From contig OZ220733.1 in the NCBI GenBank assembly GCA_965116875.1, forward strand, positions 4,960,001 to 5,024,000: a DNA stretch of 64,000 nt. The letters are read 5' to 3'. The position numbers and the translations under genes were made by a program. Position 1 is the first letter of the stretch, and each line of letters opens with the position of its first letter. The stretch is from Candidatus Latescibacterota bacterium (lineage in GTDB: Bacteria; Latescibacterota; UBA2968; GCA-2709665). This document shows positions 50,481-60,500 of this stretch, one piece after another. Under the pieces are notes generated by a model. That model was not told the DNA's origin, searched no databases, and saw only the letters and a list, made by a program, of their open reading frames with translations.

Positions 50481-51749
50481 TTAACGCCAGTGTCGCTGAA
50501 TCGGTACCGGCACAATCGTCGTCTCCCAGTAGTCCTGGGGCAGATCACGCCACTCCGCGACGGTCAGGGCGTCGCTGTCCCATACCACCTCGCCCCTTCG
50601 CAGCGTCAGTTTGCACACCAGGCGTTCGTTTCCGTCCATCCGACCCCATCCGCAGTCGCGGAAGGAAACCGCTCCCTTCAGGCGGGCGAGTACGGCAACG
50701 TCCGCCTCCTCCCCAACCCCGAGCGTGCCCAGGTCCGGCCTGCGAATCGCCTGCGCCGGCGCCGCCGTCGACCGGTAGATCACCTCCCGCAACGGCATGC
50801 CCATCAGGAGACACTTGGACATCGTGTCGGTCATGCCGACCACGGACCCGCGGATGTTTCCGGTATGCAGGTCCGTACTGATCGAGTCCGGCGGAAACCC
50901 GTCCGCTATCGCAGGCACGCCGTTGCGGTACCAGAAACTGGCCGCGCCGTGGCCGAGATCAAACCAGACACCGCGTTCTCTGGCCTCGAACATGTAGTCC
51001 TGCACCTTACCGTGCGCGTCGACGACGGGAAACTGCCGGGCAAAAACGTGCGTGTGAATGTCGGCCGGACGCAGCTTGCGGAGGATCAGATCCCGGTAGG
51101 AACGCTGCGGCGGCCGGGGCCAGAAGTCAACCATCACCGGCATCCCGCACAGGTCGCCGGCCGCCACCGCCCCTTCAACGGAGGCCCAGGGAGGATGGCC
51201 GGCGTCGAACGGCCCTCGCGGCCAGTAGTGTGCCGTCTTGATGCCAACGACCACGTCCCTGTGGTCCAACGCGGCCGATGCCGCGCCGGGTGCGTCGAAC
51301 GTGCGGATATCCTGCTCCGAACTCCCCATTCCCGGCGCCGAGATGTTCACGAACGCCAATATCCGGCAGATCCTCTTCTCCATCACGGTCTGTCTGAAAT
51401 GCGTGATTTCTTCACATCCCGCCGTCCCGGTATCCACGCAGGTCGTCACGCCGTCGCTCAAAAAGTGCGCGTCCGCGTTCAGACTGGCGGTGAATTTTCC
51501 GGACCCCGGGTCCAGCCGGGTGTCGTAGGCATGGACATGAATGTCCACCAGCCCCGGCGTGACCAGAAGGCCCGATACGTCGATGACGCGCGCCGCCGCC
51601 CGCCGCAGGTCCGTACCCGCGGAGACTATGGCGATCTTTCCGTCCCGAATGCCCACGTCGCGAATTCCTTCAACGTCGTTCGCGGGATCGATGACGTACC
51701 CGCCCTTCAGCAGCAAGTCCAACCGAATATCCTCCGGAACTCGTTCCAT
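50481..51749 (-). CDS. Amidohydrolase/deacetylase (dihydroorotase-like)
   Basis: TPGLVDIHVH, DIHTH, FDLGHGAASF, SISTDLH. Confidence 0.88.
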   Translation of the reverse strand: MERVPEDIRLDLLLKGGYVIDPANDVEGIRDVGIRDGKIAIVSAGTDLRRAAARVIDVSGLLVTPGLVDIHVHAYDTRLDPGSGKFTASLNADAHFLSDGVTTCVDTGTAGCEEITHFRQTVMEKRICRILAFVNISAPGMGSSEQDIRTFDAPGAASAALDHRDVVVGIKTAHYWPRGPFDAGHPPWASVEGAVAAGDLCGMPVMVDFWPRPPQRSYRDLILRKLRPADIHTHVFARQFPVVDAHGKVQDYMFEARERGVWFDLGHGAASFWYRNGVPAIADGFPPDSISTDLHTGNIRGSVVGMTDTMSKCLLMGMPLREVIYRSTAAPAQAIRRPDLGTLGVGEEADVAVLARLKGAVSFRDCGWGRMDGNERLVCKLTLRRGEVVWDSDALTVAEWRDLPQDYWETTIVPVPIQRHWR

Positions 51750-52069
51750 TGTTACGAACTCCCTCTCTTCGGGTGAGATTACGACGGCTGCGAGCGTGGC
51801 GGCCGATGGCATTCTGGCGGCCTGCTTCCGCGCGCGTCACGGTGTGCCGCAGGCCCCGGGCGCCGCACATTCGAAGCCCGGGATTTCCGTTTCTGGCCGG
51901 ATGTGCGCGTCAATTTTTCCTGCGTTAACCCGGCGACTAGAATTTTGAATTTAGTACGCCATATGTTATATTGTAGCCGCAATTGTCAGCAGTCGTCCAC
52001 TCTTTTCGCACGGTCCGGCTGGCGCACCGAAGGAAGAGGCTCACGCCGGATCGGTGAGCGGGTGAAACC

Positions 52070-52612
52070 TTGAAACGGAAGAAGCTCGGGCTGAACAGAT
52101 TTCAGAAGCGCGCATTCAGGATCGGAGAGGCGCGCTTCAGTGGCGAGAACATCGGGAAGCTCATCGAACTCTCCCGAAGCCGCGACCCGGAAGACCGGGA
52201 GACCGCCGCCAGATTCCTCTGCCCCTGCCATATCAGACGGCGCCGTGAGGACGTGTGGCAGGCGCTTTACCGTATGCTCGAAGACCCCGATCGGGGCGTG
52301 CGCAAAGCCGCGTGGCACACCCTGGAAGACGGCGGACGACCGGACGACCCGGCACTTGGCGCCATATTCGAACGCACTGCGGAAAAGGAGCCCGACAAGG
52401 GGATCCGGCGCCAGGCCGCCGCCTATCTGAAAGCCCGCGGAGGCCCTTCAGAATCTGCACGCAGGGCAGATGCGCAAACCGGGAGACGCAAACGCGGGAA
52501 ATGCGACTATTGCGGCTCAACGGACGTATTCGTCAAGACCGACTTCGAGATTGAGATTCCGGACGGCGGCCAGATGCGGTTCGGCCTCGTCTGCGAGTGC
52601 TGCGCCAGTTGA
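52070..52612 (+). CDS. HEAT-repeat protein with CPCH motif and C-terminal zinc ribbon
   Basis: FLCPCH, LEDPDRGVRKAA, CDYC...CECC. Confidence 0.65.
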   Translation: MKRKKLGLNRFQKRAFRIGEARFSGENIGKLIELSRSRDPEDRETAARFLCPCHIRRRREDVWQALYRMLEDPDRGVRKAAWHTLEDGGRPDDPALGAIFERTAEKEPDKGIRRQAAAYLKARGGPSESARRADAQTGRRKRGKCDYCGSTDVFVKTDFEIEIPDGGQMRFGLVCECCAS

Positions 52613-52637
52613 GTTCAGCGTGTAAACAGGAGGAGAC

Positions 52638-53429
52638 ATGCAGATCATCGTCCGGAACGAAGCCGAACTGAAGCATCGCTGGAACGGCCTTCAGAATTTC
52701 CTGATCGACCCTGAGTTCTTCCGCTTTGACATGGAGTTTCCACCCGCCGACGAAATCGTGGACATCCTTCGAAAGGACGGTCAGGCACGAATCAACATTC
52801 GAGGTGACATCTCGGAAGATGAGAAAAAAGCGAGGGCTGAGGAATTTAAATCGCTACCCATCGCCGACGTCATCGACCGCCCCTTCTCACTGGCGCACTT
52901 TCACCTGCAGAATTTCTACGGCGAGGGTCAGTTCCTGCGGGATTTTCAGAAGAAGATCATGATTCCATGGCGCACCTTTCTGGCATCGAACGGATTTACC
53001 TGGCAACGCTGTTATCCCATCATTTTTATTTCCGGAAGGAACTGCAGCTCGTCATACCACATGGATACCTCGCACGTCGTGGCGTGGCAGGTCTGGGGCG
53101 TAAAAACCTTCAATGCCTTCAAGGATCCCTACAAATACGCACCCCTCGACGACGCCGTCAACAACCGCGACGCGCTCAGGGGACCGAACGGACCGCCGGA
53201 TCACGACCCCGAGGACATACTTTCGTACAAGATGAAAAAAGGGGATTTGCTCTGGAATCAATTGCTCACGCCCCACTGGGTGCCCGCCGGTGACAGTGTC
53301 GCCGTGAGCGTCAACATATCGCACGGCGGCATTTCCTACGGCGGGAGGTTCAGCCCCAACGAGACGGCCCTGAGAAAACGCTGGGAGACCCATCCCAAAG
53401 AGGCCTGGCTTGTGGATGTCCGTTACTGA
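52638..53429 (+). CDS. JmjC/cupin-like Fe(II) oxygenase
   Basis: YHMD...WQVWGVK...GDLLW...TPHWV (HxD...H); AGGAG RBS. Confidence 0.7.
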   Translation: MQIIVRNEAELKHRWNGLQNFLIDPEFFRFDMEFPPADEIVDILRKDGQARINIRGDISEDEKKARAEEFKSLPIADVIDRPFSLAHFHLQNFYGEGQFLRDFQKKIMIPWRTFLASNGFTWQRCYPIIFISGRNCSSSYHMDTSHVVAWQVWGVKTFNAFKDPYKYAPLDDAVNNRDALRGPNGPPDHDPEDILSYKMKKGDLLWNQLLTPHWVPAGDSVAVSVNISHGGISYGGRFSPNETALRKRWETHPKEAWLVDVRY

Positions 53430-53564
53430 CGGGCACGGTCCTGAGGATCCTTTCCTGGCCACGTGGCCAACCTCAAACCATCATTCGGCGATCCGCGCGT
53501 TCGAGGTCATCCTTGCGGTGAGAAACGCGAGGTTACAGTTGCGTTCACGTTCGGTACCATCCTG

Positions 53565-54395
53565 ATGATACACGTACATAACGGCCGCCGGCCGGTCTCC
53601 GGATGGCGCCTGCGTCTCCGGCACATCATGTTCGATTCGGAAACGCCTGCGGGGCGCCGTTTCGCACTCGCTCTCATTTTCACCATCATTCTGAGTGTCC
53701 TGACCGTGATGCTGGACAGCGTCGACGCTGTCCGGAAGACCCACGGCGACTTTCTTTACGGCCTTGAGTGGTTCTTTACGCTCGTTTTCACGCTCGAGTA
53801 TTTTTTGCGGCTTGTCTGCACCGGCCGCCGATTGCGATACGCGACGTCCTTCTTCGGCATTGTTGACCTTCTCGCTATCCTCCCCACCTATATCGACGTT
53901 CTCCTGCCCGGCAGTCATTACCTGGTTGTCATACGCGTCCTCCGCGTGCTCCGCGTTTTTCGCGTACTCAAACTGGTACAGTACCTGGCCGCGGCGCGGA
54001 TGATGCTCCGGGCGATTCAGTCGAGTTACCGAAAGGTTGCGGTTTTTGTGCTTACGGTGATGACGGCGGTTGTCATCCTGGGCTCATTGATGTACGTGAT
54101 TGAGACACCCGAAAACGGGTTTACGAGTATTCCCCGCAGCATCTACTGGGCCATCGTGACGATCACCACCGTCGGATACGGAGACATTTCTCCCAAGACC
54201 GCGCCGGGACAGATGCTTGCGACCATCGTGATGTTGCTGGGGTTCAGCATCATCGCTGTGCCCACCGGCATCCTGTCGGCTGAAATCTCGCAGGCCATGA
54301 GAACCCGGGGCGGCGCCCGGTCCTGTTTGAAATGCAACGCCGAGATCCGGGAGCCCAATGCGAAATATTGTCAATACTGCGGCACGGAATTATAG
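53565..54395 (+). CDS. Voltage-gated K+ channel family ion transporter
   Basis: S4 RVLRVLRVFRVLK, filter TTVGYGD, C-terminal CxxC..CxxC. Confidence 0.93.
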   Translation: MIHVHNGRRPVSGWRLRLRHIMFDSETPAGRRFALALIFTIILSVLTVMLDSVDAVRKTHGDFLYGLEWFFTLVFTLEYFLRLVCTGRRLRYATSFFGIVDLLAILPTYIDVLLPGSHYLVVIRVLRVLRVFRVLKLVQYLAAARMMLRAIQSSYRKVAVFVLTVMTAVVILGSLMYVIETPENGFTSIPRSIYWAIVTITTVGYGDISPKTAPGQMLATIVMLLGFSIIAVPTGILSAEISQAMRTRGGARSCLKCNAEIREPNAKYCQYCGTEL

Positions 54396-55368
54396 GGCGC
54401 TGGCCGTACTGCTTCCCGTGGCGCTGGCATTCATCTGGTTTCGGCCGGCGTCCGGGACTCCGGAACAGCGGGCTGCCGATCTCTGCGTCCGCGCCGAGGC
54501 CGCATTGAAACACGGAGACGACGAAAGAGCGATGGCGTCGTACCGGAAATCCATCGCCATCCACTCTCCCAACGTACGTGCCCGGTACGGTCTTGCGGAT
54601 CTCCTGGCCGCACGGGGTCGGTTCGCCGAGGCGAAGAAGACCCTGAACGCGATAACGCACTCTGTAACCGGCCCGCAGGAGTGGATAAGATACGCGCGCG
54701 CCCTTCGCCACGCACGGGCGGATACAGAGGCCGAGGCCGCCTTTTTGAGAGCCGTCGAAGGGATGCCGGACAACCCCGCGCACGCCCTGGAACTGGCGGA
54801 ATTCTATCTCGCGGCGGGAAACCCGGACAGCGCGGAAGCCCATTTCCGGCGCGCCGGGTCCATCGGCGGCGACCGCGGCCGGACTCTCGCCGGTCTGGGG
54901 CGCGTTCACTTCAGCCGCGGCGAACTCGATTCCTCCGCGGCCTGCTTCCGGCGGGCCCTCGAGGACGCTCCCGGAGACGTCGAACTGCTCTGTGACATCG
55001 CCAGCACCGAACTCCGGACGATGTGTCCGCGCACTGCATTGTCCCATCTCCGGCGGGCCGTCGCTGTGGATCCTTACCACTCGCGCGCGCGGTATCTGAC
55101 GGGTCAGGCCCTGCTCGCCCTCGGGCGTGACGGGGAGGCCGGGGCGCAGCTGACTGTATTCGAACGCCAGAGCAGGCTGGCCGCGCGCATTCGCTATCTG
55201 GAACGCAACGCCGCGGAAAATCCGACGGCGGAACGCTTTCAAACCCTTTCGCACTACTACATGCTTTCGGGGAAGGACAGCCTTGCCGCGGCGTGTCTGC
55301 AAAGGGCGACCGCGCTGAATCCGCTCGTTACCGCGCCCGCCGAAGCCATTGGACCCGACCCCTTCTGA
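54358..55368 (+). CDS. TPR-repeat protein with N-terminal signal or anchor
   Basis: Repeated helical TPR patterns (LA..Y...G....A...F.RA); start uncertain, overlaps the channel gene. Confidence 0.8.
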   Translation: MRNIVNTAARNYRALAVLLPVALAFIWFRPASGTPEQRAADLCVRAEAALKHGDDERAMASYRKSIAIHSPNVRARYGLADLLAARGRFAEAKKTLNAITHSVTGPQEWIRYARALRHARADTEAEAAFLRAVEGMPDNPAHALELAEFYLAAGNPDSAEAHFRRAGSIGGDRGRTLAGLGRVHFSRGELDSSAACFRRALEDAPGDVELLCDIASTELRTMCPRTALSHLRRAVAVDPYHSRARYLTGQALLALGRDGEAGAQLTVFERQSRLAARIRYLERNAAENPTAERFQTLSHYYMLSGKDSLAAACLQRATALNPLVTAPAEAIGPDPF

Positions 55369-55464
55369 GCGGTCCGACCGCGGGATAGCGGCAGCTGGCA
55401 ACCGGCGCCCTGTTCCGTGCGGGATGCCGGTCCCGCGCAACTTCGTTTCAGGAAACACCAGTCC

Positions 55465-57462
55465 ATGTCAATGCCATCTGCGAAATCGATGAGTTCCGAT
55501 GCCGGCCGGGAAGCAGTGAAGAGTCGTGGCGTAACCGTCCGGTCCATCGTCTACGGCCTGTTCCTCTCGGTGGCCATCGGCATCCTGGGCGACACGGTGC
55601 GCTACATCCTTCACGCATCGTTTATGGCGTACAGCCATATGCCCATGGGCAACCTGATCCTCACGCTGGTCTCCATCATCGTCTGTTCGATACTGGCCTA
55701 CAAATTCGGCAGGAGGTTTCTGTTCTCCTCGTCGGAGTGGATCACCATCTTCTGCATGGGATTCATCAGTTCCCTGGGGCCTACCTACGGGATCAGCGGC
55801 TACCTCGTGGGGATCATGGTCGCGCCGCACTATTTCGTCACCCAGGAGAACGAATGGGCGCGATACCTTCATCCGTATCTGCCGGGTTGGCTGATTCCGG
55901 AAAACGAAGGCAACGCGATGGCCTGGTTCTACGAAGGTCTGCCCCAGGGCGCGTCCATTCCGTGGGGCGTCTGGGCCGTGCCCCTGTTCTGGTGGTTCAC
56001 CTTTCTCTGCGCGGTCGCTCTTGCCGCCGCCTGCCTCTCCATCATCTTCCGAAAGCAGTGGTCCGAATACGAGCGCCTCGTCTTCCCGGCGATGGAACCC
56101 ATAATTGAGTTCACCACGCAGGGCGGAACGGGGAAACGATGGTTCCCGGAATTCATGAAGGGAAAGACGTTCTGGGCCGGGTTCATGCTCACCACGTTCG
56201 TTTTCGGCTGGAACATGATTGCCTGGTTCTATCCCCAGTTCCCCCGCTTTCCCACGGCTTCCGCCCGCTGGTTCTTTTTCTCACGGGATTTCCCGCCCGG
56301 ATTTTTCTTTTTGAGCACGGTTGTCATCTGTTTCTCGTACTTCGCCAGCCTCGAGATCCTCTTCAGCCTCTGGTTTTTCGATGTGCTTTTCATCCTCGAG
56401 GGCGGCATCCTCAGCGGGCTTGGCATCTCGGCCATCTCGCCCTACTACGGCCGCGGGCGTTACATCTGGCAGACGGCCGGCGGGTTTACGGCCTTCGCCC
56501 TCTGGGGGATCTGGGTCGCAAGACACCACCTCCGCGACGTCATCAGGAAAGCCTTCAATCCGGATCGGCCGACACCCGACGACAGCAACGAACTGCTCTC
56601 GTACCGGCACGCCGTAATCGGCCTGATCGCCGGATGTCTCTACATGGCGCTCTGGCTGGGATGGATCGGCATGCAGCTGAAGGTCATCGTCCTTCTCATC
56701 CTGTGCATGCTCGTCGTCTATACGACCGTATCGAAGATGCTCGCCGACTCCGGTATTGTCTATCTCAACCCGCCCACGTCGGCCTGGGGTCTCCTCAGCC
56801 GGTTTCTGGGCGGTTCCCATACGTTTACCGCGCACACCAAGATGGCGCTGAGCATGTCCTCCCGCGCGGTAAACCACTACCGCGGTCTTACCATGGGTAC
56901 GATGACCCACATCAACCGCCTGGCGGAGTTCCTGCCTGCGGGCAAACGCCGGCTCTTCGGGGCGGTCTGCGGGGCATTCGTCGTGGGGATGGTCACTTCC
57001 ACAATCTACACCGTCTGGCTCGGATACACAATCGGCGGATACAATATCCAACCCAACTGGCTGATCATCCACGCCGGTGTCCGGCAGATCCAGGGCATCG
57101 CCAACTCCATCAAGGCCGTGGACAGCCCCATCGAGCCGGTCAACTACTGGTTTTTCTTCGCCGGGGCCGCCGCGATGGCTTTTCTGAATCTGATGCGGTA
57201 CCGCTTCGTCTGGTGGCCGCTGCACCCGATCGGATTCGCGCTCTCCGGCACGGCGCTTTCGAGGCTTACCAGCGCGACCATATTTGTGGCATGGCTGGTC
57301 AAGCTGACCATGCTCAAGCTGGCCGGCGCCGCCTTTTACCGGAAATCCAGACCGTTCTTCATCGGCATGCTTGTGGGGTACATATTGTCCGTGGCCGCCG
57401 GCGTTGTGGTGGACGCCATCTGGTTCCAGCCGGACGGCCACGTGGTACATAAATGGTACTGA
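55465..57462 (+). CDS. DUF6785/DUF6784-type multipass membrane protein
   Basis: Many TM helices; RKQWSEYERLVFP, RYRFVWWPLHPIGF, RPFFIGM motifs. Confidence 0.8.
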   Translation: MSMPSAKSMSSDAGREAVKSRGVTVRSIVYGLFLSVAIGILGDTVRYILHASFMAYSHMPMGNLILTLVSIIVCSILAYKFGRRFLFSSSEWITIFCMGFISSLGPTYGISGYLVGIMVAPHYFVTQENEWARYLHPYLPGWLIPENEGNAMAWFYEGLPQGASIPWGVWAVPLFWWFTFLCAVALAAACLSIIFRKQWSEYERLVFPAMEPIIEFTTQGGTGKRWFPEFMKGKTFWAGFMLTTFVFGWNMIAWFYPQFPRFPTASARWFFFSRDFPPGFFFLSTVVICFSYFASLEILFSLWFFDVLFILEGGILSGLGISAISPYYGRGRYIWQTAGGFTAFALWGIWVARHHLRDVIRKAFNPDRPTPDDSNELLSYRHAVIGLIAGCLYMALWLGWIGMQLKVIVLLILCMLVVYTTVSKMLADSGIVYLNPPTSAWGLLSRFLGGSHTFTAHTKMALSMSSRAVNHYRGLTMGTMTHINRLAEFLPAGKRRLFGAVCGAFVVGMVTSTIYTVWLGYTIGGYNIQPNWLIIHAGVRQIQGIANSIKAVDSPIEPVNYWFFFAGAAAMAFLNLMRYRFVWWPLHPIGFALSGTALSRLTSATIFVAWLVKLTMLKLAGAAFYRKSRPFFIGMLVGYILSVAAGVVVDAIWFQPDGHVVHKWY

Positions 57463-57551
57463 CGATCTGTTATCCGGACGTAAACCATACCCGGCGGGAA
57501 TGATCATGACGTCCCGTTTACGAGAATCCTTATCCTGATTCAGGTATTTCC

Positions 57552-60500
57552 GTGAAAACAAAAAACATCACCATCGGCCTGGTCATGCTGATTGCCTTTC
57601 TCGCATTGACCCTGGTCTCCCCTCAGGCGCTGACCGACCGCCTGTTCGAGTGGTTCGATATCCGCTATCCCGATCCACCGCCTGAACGGCTGGCAACCGA
57701 CCAGCAGCAACTGGCCGACAGCATTCGGGAGCGGATCACGCCGGCCGGAGTCGAATCGCGACTGCTCCGGCTCAGCGGGTCGGGTTCGCGGGTGGTTGGC
57801 TATCCGGGCCACAGGGCCGCATCCCTCTATATTCGGGAAGAGTTCGAACGCGTGGGCCTGGAAAATGTCTCCGTGGAAACCTACGACGTCACGTCGCCTG
57901 TCGACAAAGGCGGCGGCCTTCGCATTATCGGCGAACCCGGCGTCATCCCGATTCATGCGGTCTGGCCCAACCTGGTCCGCACGTCCACGCTGCCGAGCGC
58001 CGGGCTGCGAGCCCCGCTGATCGACGGCGGCGGCGGCGAATTCGCCGACTTCAACGGCAAGGAGCCCGACGGCAGCGTCGTTCTGCTGGATTTCAACTCG
58101 TGGAACCGCTGGATGAACGCCTCCATGCTGGGCGCCAGGGCGATTGTCTTTGTCGCGCCGGATTCCACCACGACGGCGGAAGCAGAGCAGAAATTCTTCC
58201 AGGTTCCGCTCAATGCGCCCCGTTTCTGGATTGGCAAGTCCGAAGGGGAACGCCTCCGGCGCCGGCTTGCCGCCGGCGAGCGGATCGAAGTGGAACTGAA
58301 AGCCCGGATGGACTGGGAACGGCACCCCACGCAAAACATCATCGGCTGGATACCGGGCGCGGACCCTGAGTTGCGGGAACGCGTGGTACTCATCGATGCC
58401 TATTACGATGCGATGTCCGTGGTGCCCGCGCTTGCCCCGGGCGCCGAACAGGCATCCGGAATCGCCGCACTGCTGGAAATGGCAGCATACTTCAAGGCGC
58501 ATCCGCCCGCCCACACCGTCCTTTTCCTGGCCACGTCCGCGCATCATCTCGGTTTTCGCGGCGTGTGCGACTTTCTGGGGAGGCATGCACGGAAAGAGGA
58601 ACACTTCGCCGCGTTGATGACGGATCCCATCGATATCCGGTTGTGGATCTCCCTGGACCTCACCTCCCAGACCGACCAGATGGCCGTGTGGAACGGTTCC
58701 ACCGCGTTCTATTTCCAGCGGTTCTTCACGCCCCTGGGCAAACGATTCAGCAGGCTTGGGGCAGACCTCGCGCCGGTATTCGGCATGGACGCAAAGCAGT
58801 CGCTGGTTGACGGCATCAACCCGCCTTCGGGCATGAGCTGGAGCATGTTTATTCCCGGCGGGAATCTGAAGACCGACTCGCAGGTGGTTCTCACCGCTGG
58901 AATGCCCACACTGGCGTTCGTAACCATCAACGACGCCCGCTTCAGGGTCGACACCCCCCACGACACCGTGGACAAGGTCAATCTGACCAATCTGACGAAT
59001 CAGATCCGGCTGCTTACCGCGGCGCTCAGCAAGGCCCTGAACGATCCCGGCTTCCTGCCCGACTACCGCGTTGAGATGAAGGATCGCATGCGCGCACTGA
59101 AGGGACGCATCCTCACCTTTCCCCGGCGAAGCATCACGCCGGACCGGCCCCGAAAGGGCGCGGTGGCGGTATTGCGCATGTCTTACGAGAAGTCGGTCAA
59201 GGGCGTCCGCGCGATATTTTACGATCAGGCCGACGAAAACGGCGAGTTCTACGTTCCCGGTCTGGCGGTGCGCTGGGTGGGCCTCGATGCCTTTTATCTA
59301 GACCCGGAAAGCGGCGAAATCACCTATGCGTGGGATCGAGGGCAGGCCGCGCGGATCTATAAGCCCGAATTCGGCATGGACTGGTGGATTACGCGTGGCA
59401 CCCGTATCCTGTTTCCCTGTGTTTCAACGGACTTCTACGAAACCGTGGATCCGCGTTATCTCACGAAGCTTCCGAATCTCTCCCTGTACGGCGACGGGAA
59501 CACCGCCCCGCGGGAGTACGGCTATACCCTGGGCTATGGCCCCAACGAGCCGGTGGGCGTCGTGTTCACTCCTCCCGGCACACGACTCAAAATCACCATG
59601 CATACGCGCGGCATCGGCATCCGCTATCTGCTGCTGAATGCAACCGATACAACCAGCGTCGAGGCGGCGCACAAAAGCGGATTCGTCGCCGCCACACACG
59701 GCGCAATCACGCATACGGCGTACCAGGCCGCCAAGGACATGTGGGTACTGGACCACGCCAGGATGCGCGAACTGCACGCCTACGGAATCGAAAACGACCG
59801 CCTTGACGATCTGCACACGCGGGCGAAGAAACACCTGGACCAGGCGGATATGGCCCGTGACGAGCTGCGGTGGGACGATTTCATCAGACATTCGCGGGCG
59901 GCGCTGGGACTCGAGTCGCGCGCGTATCCGGATGTCAAGGGGACGCAGAACGACGTGATCCGGGGCATCATCTTTTTCATGGCGCTGGTCCTGCCCTGTG
60001 CCTTCTTCGCGGAACGACTTATCTTCACGGCGGTGGACATCCGGTGGCAGATTGCGGGATTCGCCGGTATTTTCATGGTGATCTGGATCTTCCTGTCGAT
60101 CGTCCATCCCGCATTCGACCTTTCCAATCCCTTCGTCATTCTCCTGGCCTTTGTGCTCCTGGCGCTGGCCAGCTTCGTGATCAGTCTGGTATTTTCCCGC
60201 TTTAACAGCCAGATGCGCAACCTACGCACGGAGGCCGCCGTTATCCACGACGTGGACGTGGGTCGGATATCGGCCTCTCTGGCTGCCTTTCAGCTGGGCA
60301 TCGCCAATATGAAGCGGCGCAAACTCAGAACGCTGCTCACCTTCACCACGCTCGTTTTGCTCACCTTTACCGTCCTGTCATTCTCCTCCATCAAGTCGCA
60401 GCTCAAGTTTCATCAGATCGCGCGGGACAATCTGGGCCCGTATCCGGGGATGCTCATCCGCAGCAAGTACTGGGCGCCGCTGGAGGAATCCGTCCTCGAC

